The notes under the pieces are model-generated. The model did not search any database, was not told the DNA's origin, and saw only the letters and a program-made list of their open reading frames with translations. Shown piece by piece: positions 35,490 to 43,073 of a stretch of 43,073 nt of DNA (within the stretch, counting starts at the first letter, position 1; the number at the start of each line of letters is the position of its first letter). The translations under genes were made by a program, and so were the position numbers. Source of the stretch: Candidatus Woesearchaeota archaeon (lineage in GTDB: Archaea; Nanobdellota; Nanobdellia; SCGC-AAA011-G17; ARS1403); the NCBI GenBank assembly GCA_016181275.1, contig JACOZQ010000009.1, forward strand, positions 1 to 43,073, read 5' to 3'.

Positions 35490-37490
35490 TTATTTCTTTC
35501 CAAAGAAAATCATCTTGACGAAGAATAAAGCAACAACTATTAATAATATGTCTCCGATTATCCAGAACATTGTTGAGCTGTTCGCTCCAGCAAATGCTCC
35601 AGTAATTCCTTCAACTCCTGCTTTTCCTTTCACATCAAAGTTCAATGAAAATGATTTAGTATCAAATTCATTTCCGGTAGCAGGCCTTACTGTTACAGTT
35701 GCAGTATAAGTTCCTTCATCAATGTCTTTCAATTTCAAGTTGAAATACAAGTTATTATCTCCAGGATGCAAGCTAACTGTTTGAGATGAAATTGGGTCAG
35801 CCCAGTCGCCGATAGTTGAAACATCAATAACAGTATTCACATCTCTATCTTCATTGTTTGTAAATTGCAAGTGAAGATTAGCAGTCCCTTTTGCAGCATC
35901 AAATTCTTTTGTTTGAGTTGCAACATTCAAGTCAACTTGTTTTCCAGTTCCAGTTATAGTTGTTCCAGTTGATTTAACAGTTAGAGTAACAAATTCCTGG
36001 CTGTTGTCATATGCATCATCATTGTCATCATAAACACTAATATCAATCAAGTAGTCTTTCTCATCTGCATTAGCAGGGATATTTAATGTAAATCTTCTTG
36101 TTATGTCATCATTGCTGTCTCCAGATTTGTCAAGATCAAACTCAGCTGAAACCAAGTTTATCCCCAGCTCATTGTTGGATACTTTAACATAAGCATCCCT
36201 CTGGTCATTGCTCCCGACGTTTTCAACATCAACAATTAATTCTACAATGTCTCCAGGTTTGACAATGCTTGTAGTTAAGTCAGCGCTTCTTACAATTATA
36301 TCATCTTTATCTCTATCGAAATCCATGTTTATAGAATCAAAATTGCAATTCTGGTCTTCATCTCCGTCCTCAAGAGTTTTGATGAATAAGACATATCTGT
36401 CATCCTCGTCGCCGTCAAAGTTTCTAGGAACTTCCAAATCGAATTCAAAAGTTTCCTCATCATTGTCTTTTATCTCTTCGCTGCTTGATTCAGCAGTTGC
36501 AACTTCCTCATCCTCATCTAAATTATAAAGGATTGCTTCGACAGTAACATCAAGATTTTCATCGTCCTCATTTTGCACTTCAACTTCAATGTTCATCTGG
36601 TCTCCTGATTTGAAGTCATCTCCATTGTCAGGATCTTTAATATTTAATTGTAGATGAGCAGCTGATCTTGAGCTCGCATCTCCATCTTTGACAATTCCAT
36701 CTTCGCAGATTTCAGGATGAACTTTCAAATCTAATTTGAATGAATCCAAAATAGTTGATCCGGATTTAACATTAATAACCCCACCATAAGTATCCAAATC
36801 AATATTATCTCCAAAGGCAGAAGTTATTGTTATTGCTTTGGTTTCGCCTGCATTAATTGTCCCTGGATCTGAAAAGCTCAAAGTAATAGCATCATTATCG
36901 TTATCAGTTAAGTCTAAAGCAGCTGTATCAAAGCTTGCAGTTGTCAATGTTATTGGCTGATTTCCAGTGTTCTTCATTTGGAAGGTTCCAGTTATTCCGG
37001 TTTGGCTTTCCTCTCCGATTATTTCCAAAGAAGTTGTATTATCATATGTTAAAACATTCAAAGCAATTACAGAGTTAACAACAACGCTTAATGTAAATGT
37101 ATCAGTTACAGTTGCTGCATTTTCAGTACCGCTGATAGTTATCAATCCAGTATAGGTTCCAGCAGCCTGATTAGCAGGAATGGCAACGCTTACAACAACA
37201 GCTGAAGAAGTTGCTCCATCATTCAAGTTTGCAATTGTAGTTGGATTAAATGATACAGCAGTGTTAGCAATTGAATTGCTTCCGCTTGTTAAAGTAGCAG
37301 AAGTAAATCCGATGTTAGTTACAGCATTACCAGCCACGTTATCATTAACCATAAAGTTTCCAGTTACAGTAGCCTCTGGATTTCCAGCTGCAGGTTGATT
37401 AACGCTTGCTTCTTGTAATGCAAAAGCGCTATTCACAGTCAACAATAGTAATGCCAATATGATGCCTAAAAAGCTTAATTTCTTATACAT
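35490..37490 (-). CDS. Major surface (S-layer-like) protein with Ig/CARDB-like repeats, an acidic insert and a tripartite C-terminal anchor
   Basis: Signal MYKKLSFLGIILALLLLTVNSAFA. Thr/Asn/Ala-rich beta-type repeats. The C-terminus is GITGAFAGANSSTMFWIIGDILLIVVALFFVKMIFFGKK. A strong SD-like AAGGGGGT sits 7 nt upstream of the ATG (37498..37502 = GGGGG on the minus strand). Confidence 0.7.
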   Translation of the reverse strand: MYKKLSFLGIILALLLLTVNSAFALQEASVNQPAAGNPEATVTGNFMVNDNVAGNAVTNIGFTSATLTSGSNSIANTAVSFNPTTIANLNDGATSSAVVVSVAIPANQAAGTYTGLITISGTENAATVTDTFTLSVVVNSVIALNVLTYDNTTSLEIIGEESQTGITGTFQMKNTGNQPITLTTASFDTAALDLTDNDNDAITLSFSDPGTINAGETKAITITSAFGDNIDLDTYGGVINVKSGSTILDSFKLDLKVHPEICEDGIVKDGDASSRSAAHLQLNIKDPDNGDDFKSGDQMNIEVEVQNEDDENLDVTVEAILYNLDEDEEVATAESSSEEIKDNDEETFEFDLEVPRNFDGDEDDRYVLFIKTLEDGDEDQNCNFDSINMDFDRDKDDIIVRSADLTTSIVKPGDIVELIVDVENVGSNDQRDAYVKVSNNELGINLVSAEFDLDKSGDSNDDITRRFTLNIPANADEKDYLIDISVYDDNDDAYDNSQEFVTLTVKSTGTTITGTGKQVDLNVATQTKEFDAAKGTANLHLQFTNNEDRDVNTVIDVSTIGDWADPISSQTVSLHPGDNNLYFNLKLKDIDEGTYTATVTVRPATGNEFDTKSFSLNFDVKGKAGVEGITGAFAGANSSTMFWIIGDILLIVVALFFVKMIFFGKK

Positions 37491-37574
37491 ATTTAAACCC
37501 CCTTAAATATTATAATTTACTTTAGAAATATAATTTATAAATCTTTCGATTATACCCACTTTAAAATAATAACA

Positions 37575-38141
37575 CTAAAATAGGTTTATCACCAGTCCTG
37601 CAATTACCGGTATTAATAGATTGTCGTCAATTTTCCTTTTAAACACAACTAATTCAAGCCCCTCAACGCCCATCGCAATCAAGCTTCCAAAGAAGGCGGC
37701 TTTCCAAGGGGCAAAAAAGGCAGCTCCAAAAGCCCCAAAAACAATCCCAATTATTGTCCCTTCCAGTAATTTATTTTTATTGAACGGATTGCTGATTTTC
37801 CCAAACCTTCCTAAATGGCAAAAACTATCTCCCAAGGCGAGAACCATTATGCTTGCAAGTGCAATCTCTTTCTCAAACAATCCAAGCACAATTATGCTCC
37901 CGAGAAAATAAGTCAAAGCACCATACCCAGGAAGAGTTTCCTTCTCTCTGTCAAAGTTTTTCAAGAACCAATTAATCCCAAATAATCTATATTTTTTAGA
38001 AAGCAGAGACAAAACAAATCCAGCAAGCAACAAGAAGAACAGAGATTTGATATTCAATACTTCTCTATAGAGCAAAGCAACAATAATTATTCCAAGCAGC
38101 AGATGAAATATCTGTCTCTTTAGCTCCAGGTTTTTATCCAT
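37575..38141 (-). CDS. Polyprenol (dolichol)/phytol kinase-family membrane protein
   Basis: The N-terminal LKRQIFHLLLG, ALGDSFCHLGRFG and C-terminal DDNLLIPV fit the SEC59/DGK1/VTE5 CTP-dependent kinase pattern. There are about 6 TM segments. Confidence 0.55.
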   Translation of the reverse strand: MDKNLELKRQIFHLLLGIIIVALLYREVLNIKSLFFLLLAGFVLSLLSKKYRLFGINWFLKNFDREKETLPGYGALTYFLGSIIVLGLFEKEIALASIMVLALGDSFCHLGRFGKISNPFNKNKLLEGTIIGIVFGAFGAAFFAPWKAAFFGSLIAMGVEGLELVVFKRKIDDNLLIPVIAGLVINLF

Positions 38142-38674
38142 TTTCTGTAGATCATGTAAATTCCAATTCCTAATAATCCTCCTCCTATTACATCACTTAA
38201 ATAATGAGTTCCTAAATAAACTCTAGAAAAACTAACTAATACAGCAATTATCAAGAAATAATACTTGAAATTCTTATTTCTTTTATCTTTATGTTTGTCA
38301 AAATGTGCTGCCATAAAAGCAAATATGAAAAAATAGACAGTGGCATGGCTGCTCGGAAAGCTGTAAAGGCTAAATTCATTCAAGACCAGTTCAGCTCCGA
38401 AAGGCCTTGTCCTTCTAACAAGCAATTTCAATAGAATGCTTATTATATAGCTCATAGCAATTCCAATGTAGAAATAAAAAATCTCTTTCTTTTTTTTGAT
38501 GAGATAACTGCAGCCGATTACAACTATTATTAAAAAAAGAATATGGCTTAGATAATACATCAGCAAGAATAAAAACGGGGAAAGAAAATTCTCAATCGAG
38601 CTAAAAATATATTTGTCGAGAAAGAAGCTAGCAACAAGCAAGACAGAAAATAAAATCCAGTATTCTTTTTTCAT
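38120..38674 (-). CDS. PAP2-family phosphatase (polyprenyl-diphosphate phosphatase-like)
   Basis: All three PAP2 motifs are present: KLLVRRTRP, PSSHA and SRVYLGTHYLSDV. Confidence 0.8.
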   Translation of the reverse strand: MKKEYWILFSVLLVASFFLDKYIFSSIENFLSPFLFLLMYYLSHILFLIIVVIGCSYLIKKKKEIFYFYIGIAMSYIISILLKLLVRRTRPFGAELVLNEFSLYSFPSSHATVYFFIFAFMAAHFDKHKDKRNKNFKYYFLIIAVLVSFSRVYLGTHYLSDVIGGGLLGIGIYMIYRKWIKTWS

Positions 38675-38725
38675 GAAGCAAGATAAACAAGTATGTATTT
38701 AAATAAATAACTATAATTAAAACAA

Positions 38726-39244
38726 ATGAATTATTATGGAAATTTGATCATAAGATTGGCAGTTCCTTTTATAATTAGTTATCAATTTTTAAACAAGATA
38801 TTTTACAATGCAACAATATATTTTCCATATTTTTTCATGAAGCTGATAAATTTTCAAGTAATAATGATCCGGCCTTATTTAGTAACTCAAAATAATTATA
38901 TAAGATTCAGTGAGGCATGTGCAGCAGTTTCAGCATATTTTCTTCTTTTATTGCTGATAGTTTTCACAATGGATATGAAATTAAAGGCAAGAACAAAAAT
39001 TTTCCTGATAGGATCTTTGATAATTTTTTCAGCAAACATGATAAGGATACTATTGCTAATTTTTATTCTAGAAAAAAAAGGTTTCAATGCATTCCAGCAG
39101 GTGCATGATGTTTTCTGGATTATATTTGGCTCAATTATAGTGGCTTTAACATGGATATTTTTAACTCGCTTTTATAAAATAAAATCAATCCCAATCTATA
39201 CAGATGTGAAATATTTACTAAAGCAAACAAAACTATTTAAATAA
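38726..39244 (+). CDS. Miniature exosortase/archaeosortase-family protein
   Basis: 172 aa and polytopic. It has the candidate catalytic pattern EAC(65)AAVS ... SANMIR(107)I ... VH(127)DVFWIIFG, with Cys-to-Arg spacing of about 40 residues, as in the exosortase/archaeosortase family. Confidence 0.55.
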   Translation: MNYYGNLIIRLAVPFIISYQFLNKIFYNATIYFPYFFMKLINFQVIMIRPYLVTQNNYIRFSEACAAVSAYFLLLLLIVFTMDMKLKARTKIFLIGSLIIFSANMIRILLLIFILEKKGFNAFQQVHDVFWIIFGSIIVALTWIFLTRFYKIKSIPIYTDVKYLLKQTKLFK

Positions 39245-39263
39245 AAAGTATGCAGTAATTGGT

Positions 39264-39929
39264 ATGAAAATTTCAATAAATACTGAAACAGAAGAGATTG
39301 AAGAGTTAAGGCATGCAATAGCAATTCTAGAAGACGCAATAAAAAGAAGAGAAAACCCTGATTTATATGATGAAGATGATTTGGGTGAAGACATGGAAGA
39401 GGAAGCAGAAAGCTTGAGTGAAAAAGAGCCACCAAAAGAGATAAAGGAAGAAATAAAGCAGCCTGAAAAACCAGCTCAGCAGGTTCAGCCAATGCAACCG
39501 CAATTGCAGCAGCCACAAAGTTTGCAGCCACCACAACAAATCCAGCAACAACCGCAGTTAAGAATTCCTCCACAGCAACCAATTCAAAGCCAAAGGCCTA
39601 GAGAAAGGGCTCCCGATGTTGATATGTCAGCATTGACAATGTCAGACTTTGGTGAAAGAAAAGAAAGCAGATCAATGGGTGGCAACAGAAGCAATAGCAG
39701 CCATGCATATTCTTCTTCATATTCCCAGCCATCACCTCAACATAGGTCGGATTCTCCAAGAACAGATAATAAATCAGCAGTGAAAAATATTATTGTCTCA
39801 TTGAAAAATCAGCGTCAGGGCCAGGCAATTCAGATGTCAGAGATAGTTACAAAAGCAAGAGAGAGAAGTATATCTGAAAGTGAAACAAGAAATCTGGTTT
39901 CGGAATTGCAGAGAGAAGGGGCTATTTAA
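39264..39929 (+). CDS. Hypothetical protein with a Pro/Gln-rich low-complexity core and a possible C-terminal winged-helix
   Basis: QPEKPAQQVQPMQPQLQQPQSLQPPQQIQQQPQLRIPPQQPIQSQ. C-terminus: MSEIVTKARERSISESETRNLVSELQREGAI. Confidence 0.5.
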   Translation: MKISINTETEEIEELRHAIAILEDAIKRRENPDLYDEDDLGEDMEEEAESLSEKEPPKEIKEEIKQPEKPAQQVQPMQPQLQQPQSLQPPQQIQQQPQLRIPPQQPIQSQRPRERAPDVDMSALTMSDFGERKESRSMGGNRSNSSHAYSSSYSQPSPQHRSDSPRTDNKSAVKNIIVSLKNQRQGQAIQMSEIVTKARERSISESETRNLVSELQREGAI

Positions 39930-39995
39930 GTCTTGAAATCTTTTTTGAATAAGAATCAGCAGCAGATCATTATATACTAATGAACAAAGAATTGA

Positions 39996-40865
39996 TTACT
40001 CAGTGCTTCCTTGATATCTAATCAAGTCTTCAGTAGTTAATTTTTTTCCTTTCTTCAATTTCTCCTCGACGTCTTCAACTTTCTTCAATAAAATTTTTTT
40101 CTTTGCTTCTTCTTTTTCCTCTTTGCTCTTCATTTTAAAAGTATCAATTTTTAGTTTACTGTCTTTGAGCTCATCGAGCTTGTCATTCAAGTTTTTGCTA
40201 AGCGAATTGAACTCTTCTTTAAATTTAAGAAAATTATCAAAAGCCTTTTCCTGCTCAGAATTTATCTCTTTTATTTTCCTAGAAATCTCAAGATAAATAT
40301 TATGTTTCTCTTTACTTTTTCCAGCCAATTCTTGAACTTTTCCATGCAATTCCTCGGCTTTCTTCTTGCTATCAATAATCTCTCTTTCAGCTTTGTTTTT
40401 ATTATCGCTAGTTTCAGCAGAGTCCTTTGCTTTTTTATATTCTTGCTTTAATTTAGAAATTATTTTCATCAGTTTTTTTTCATTTGCAAAGCTCAAAGCC
40501 TCAGTCTCGATCTTCAATTCAAGGCTTTCAATTTCTTTTTTTATGCCTTCAGGAGAATTATCTTTTTCTTTGAAATTAATTTTATCTTTTAGAGATTTTA
40601 CTCTTTCAATTTTTTCTTTTGTAAAGGTGTTTTGCTTATCTCTTTCTTCTTTAAATTTCTTAACATCAGCATTTATTTTATCTTTTTCTTCTCTTAGTTT
40701 TCTAGCTTCATTTACAATTTTTGAAATTTCTTTCTTCAGCCCTTCCTTTTTGCTGAACCATTTCTCTTTTTCTTCATTAACAGAATCGAGTTTTTTCCTG
40801 AGCTCAGCTATCTCATTCTGCAATTCTTTAAATCTATCATTAACTTTTCTCTTTTCATCGCTCAT
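39996..40865 (-). CDS. Archaeal coiled-coil protein (COG1340-like)
   Basis: 289 aa, Lys/Glu-rich with continuous heptad character. It resembles the uncharacterised archaeal coiled-coil family in size and composition. Confidence 0.5.
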   Translation of the reverse strand: MSDEKRKVNDRFKELQNEIAELRKKLDSVNEEKEKWFSKKEGLKKEISKIVNEARKLREEKDKINADVKKFKEERDKQNTFTKEKIERVKSLKDKINFKEKDNSPEGIKKEIESLELKIETEALSFANEKKLMKIISKLKQEYKKAKDSAETSDNKNKAEREIIDSKKKAEELHGKVQELAGKSKEKHNIYLEISRKIKEINSEQEKAFDNFLKFKEEFNSLSKNLNDKLDELKDSKLKIDTFKMKSKEEKEEAKKKILLKKVEDVEEKLKKGKKLTTEDLIRYQGSTE

Positions 40866-41041
40866 TTTCTATCATAGTTGGTAAAATGCAACAACTAAGA
40901 ATTAAGAAAGAAGGTGGTTTAAAAAGTTTATTACTAATTTTATCTTGGTTAATTCTTTGGTATTTATAAAAAAAGAAGAAGAGATCATTTAAGATACTTC
41001 TCTATCTCTCTTCTATTTTTTCTCCCCAAATATACTTATAT

Positions 41042-41530
41042 TTAATCCGTGAAACCGCTTAATATTCTCTTCACTTCTGTAGAGGCTTCGTAATCTTCAC
41101 CGTCAACTGCATAACTTCTCAAACCTAAATAATGTTTATGACCTTTAACAAGTTTTTCAGCTAATCTTGTAACCAAAGGATATGGGCTCTTTTCTTTTGC
41201 TTCATGTAATATGTTTATCCCTTCATATCTTGATACGGTAATTGTTCCCTTCATAATATCAGATAGCCTATTTTTGGAATAAGTATCCTTCTTATCAGCA
41301 AGATCTGCTAAAGAGTCAAATACTAATAACAAAGCTTCTCTACCATCCGGTATATTTCTATCAACAAGTCTATCAATACCTATATGAATAGCCTCTAAAG
41401 GCATTATACCATAAGGACCATAAGTCATTAAAAGACCGCCCCAACGCTTAGCTCTTTGAGAGAGGTTATTTATTCTATCTCCTATATTATTATTTCCACA
41501 TTTTTCATCTTTCATTTTTTCCTCCTTCAC
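41042..41530 (-). CDS. Hypothetical soluble protein (162 aa)
   Basis: ORF with normal composition, divergent from the Lrp-like regulator gene. No motif recognised. Confidence 0.45.
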   Translation of the reverse strand: MKEEKMKDEKCGNNNIGDRINNLSQRAKRWGGLLMTYGPYGIMPLEAIHIGIDRLVDRNIPDGREALLLVFDSLADLADKKDTYSKNRLSDIMKGTITVSRYEGINILHEAKEKSPYPLVTRLAEKLVKGHKHYLGLRSYAVDGEDYEASTEVKRILSGFTD

Positions 41531-41628
41531 CTCTTTTGTATAAGATAAAATAGATCTATTTTAAACTTTTTATTAATTTTTTACTATAAAACGATAAATT
41601 TATATATTATAACTTATTAATAGCTAAT

Positions 41629-42594
41629 ATGAAGCTTGATAAAAAGGATTTCAAGATACTCTATGAACTTGACAATAACGCAAGAATTCCTTATTCAAAA
41701 TTATCTAAGAAGATAGGATTAAGTCAGGAGTCTGTAAGATACAGGATTAATAAGTTAGTAAAAGAAGAAATAATCCGGAAATTTTTTACAGTTATTGACA
41801 TTTCTAAATTAGGATTTACATTTTACAAAATTCTTCTTAAGTTGCACAACATAAATGAAAAGAAAATGGAAGAAATCACTGATTATTTATCCAAGAATAA
41901 AGATGTAGTATGGTTAGTCAGTTTGGATGGTAACTTTGATATTGGTTTGGTTGTTAAAGTTAAAAGCATATTAGAATTAAATAATATTATTGAAGAAATA
42001 GATAAAAAATTCAGTCAATATATTAACAGAAGAACAATCTCGATAAATATTCTGGGAGAATATTTAGTTAGAGATTATTTAATAAACAAATCAAGATTAC
42101 CTATTAAGGAAAAATCCTACAAAATAGAATCAGAAGAATATAAGCTTGATAAAATAGATTTAAAGATAATCCAGAACCTAGCAGAAAATGGAAGAAAAAC
42201 AGCCATAGATATTGCTAGAGAATTATCAATTTCATCGGACAGTGTAATCCAAAGAAAAAAGAAACTTGAAAAAGAGAAAATAATTACCGGATATAATCTT
42301 ATTCTTAATAATAGTAACTTAAATCAAATACATTTTAAAGTATTGATAAATCTTGATAATTTTTCACCTGCAAAGATAGATCATCTTATCAATTATGCAA
42401 AATCTATAAATAGAATAGTCTATATAATAAAAACTTTAGGAGAATGGAATTATGAATTTGATATCGAAGTGGAGAATATTGATCAATATAAAGAGATTGT
42501 AATGAACTTAACTAATAAATTTTCAACCATTATTAGAGATTATAACTACCTAATTATAAAAAAGATACATAAATATAACCTATACCCGGAATAA
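41629..42594 (+). CDS. Tandem (duplicated) Lrp/AsnC-family transcriptional regulator
   Basis: Two HTH units: LDKKDFKILYELDNNARIPYSKLSKKIGLSQESVRYRINKLVKEEII and LDKIDLKIIQNLAENGRKTAIDIARELSISSDSVIQRKKKLEKEKII. Each is followed by a RAM-like alpha-beta segment. Confidence 0.75.
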   Translation: MKLDKKDFKILYELDNNARIPYSKLSKKIGLSQESVRYRINKLVKEEIIRKFFTVIDISKLGFTFYKILLKLHNINEKKMEEITDYLSKNKDVVWLVSLDGNFDIGLVVKVKSILELNNIIEEIDKKFSQYINRRTISINILGEYLVRDYLINKSRLPIKEKSYKIESEEYKLDKIDLKIIQNLAENGRKTAIDIARELSISSDSVIQRKKKLEKEKIITGYNLILNNSNLNQIHFKVLINLDNFSPAKIDHLINYAKSINRIVYIIKTLGEWNYEFDIEVENIDQYKEIVMNLTNKFSTIIRDYNYLIIKKIHKYNLYPE

Positions 42595-42595
42595 A

Positions 42596-42991
42596 ATGTT
42601 AACTTTTAAAAATAATAAAATAGATTTGCTTCAATTAGTTCCAAAAACAACTTCAAGTGGGTTTCCAATACAGATTAGAGAGTTCAAAAAGAATAATGAA
42701 ATCTGGCTACATCTACACTACAATCATCCAAGAAAACCAAAATTAGAAATAAAAAGATTTATTGACATTAAAAAATTTGGAAATTTATTAGGACAATATC
42801 AAGCAGAAGGAAACAAACCAATAAATTCAATTTATCCAAAATACAAAGTTGAGTTCAAAAATAAGATTATCAATGAACACGAAGAATTCCTGAATTCATT
42901 AAATGAATTGGGAATAAATGACATCCTCCCCGCCCTAAAGGTTGCCTTCGGCAACTGCTCACTTCGTTCGCAGACGGGGTTTCCAGTGTAG
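42596..42991 (+). CDS. Hypothetical protein, weakly LAGLIDADG-like; the C-terminus reads into a GC-rich element
   Basis: The start is 1 nt after the regulator stop. LLGQYQAEG loosely fits a LAGLIDADG-type LxGxxxxEG motif. The last 20 or so codons (ALKVAFGNCSLRSQTGFPV) come from the anomalous GC-rich stretch. Confidence 0.35.
   Translation: MLTFKNNKIDLLQLVPKTTSSGFPIQIREFKKNNEIWLHLHYNHPRKPKLEIKRFIDIKKFGNLLGQYQAEGNKPINSIYPKYKVEFKNKIINEHEEFLNSLNELGINDILPALKVAFGNCSLRSQTGFPV
42928..42979. other. GC-rich island with nested hairpins (possible structured RNA or junction remnant)
   Basis: CCCCG (42928..32) pairs with CGGGG (42975..79) and encloses the hairpin GTTGC-CTTCG-GCAAC (42941..55). The local GC content is far above the surroundings by eye. 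Confidence 0.3.
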
Positions 42992-43073
42992 GAATTCTTA
43001 GATTGCTGGATAAAGTTTATGATGCTCATCTTGATTCTCCACATAGCTTACTGTCTCTTCTAAGTTGACGAAG

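Noticed and set aside
42832-43044. 70-aa minus-strand ORF at the right edge
   Set aside because: It overlaps the plus-strand ORF and the GC-rich hairpin island. It has no recognisable motif or start context and is likely spurious.
1-43073. Possibility that the contig is bacterial (CPR), given the bacterial-type AlaRS and LeuRS
   Set aside because: L15e, TFE-alpha, the class-III pilin signal, the archaeal-type ProRS, the Nre-like protein and a BHB-type tRNA intron are archaeal markers spread across the window. The two synthetases are better explained as transfers.

Overview
AT-rich archaeal segment, DPANN-like in gene content. Archaeal identity rests on ribosomal protein L15e, TFE-alpha, a class-III (type IV pilin) signal peptide, an archaeal/eukaryal-type ProRS and a tRNA with a bulge-helix-bulge-like intron. 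The AlaRS and LeuRS genes, however, are clearly bacterial-type. I call about 45 CDS, 3 tRNAs (Arg-UCG, intron-containing Arg-UCU, Cys-GCA), one IS6-like transposase and several repeats or operator-like sites. I saw no rRNA and no CRISPR array. Housekeeping genes (proS, alaS, leuS, rpl15e, prs, tfe) alternate with accessory blocks. (1) At the left edge is a translationally coupled operon: pilin, Cys-rich proteins, then a giant secreted protein that the ORF track misses because it has no stop in the window. That protein carries two textbook thrombospondin type-1 repeats plus Ig-like and dockerin-like modules. (2) A VapBC-like cassette sits between a 41-bp duplicate of the proS 5' end and the intact proS. 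(3) A 1505-aa DUF4011/SF1 helicase with a Vsr-like nuclease is preceded by an unlisted 48-aa zinc-ribbon gene and lies next to the IS. (4) A nucleotidyltransferase two-gene module has four palindromic operator repeats in its promoter. (5) A cell-surface cluster holds an S-layer-like protein with a tripartite C-terminal signal, a polyprenol kinase, a PAP2 phosphatase and a miniature archaeosortase-like protein. All family assignments come from motifs read by eye. No database search was run.
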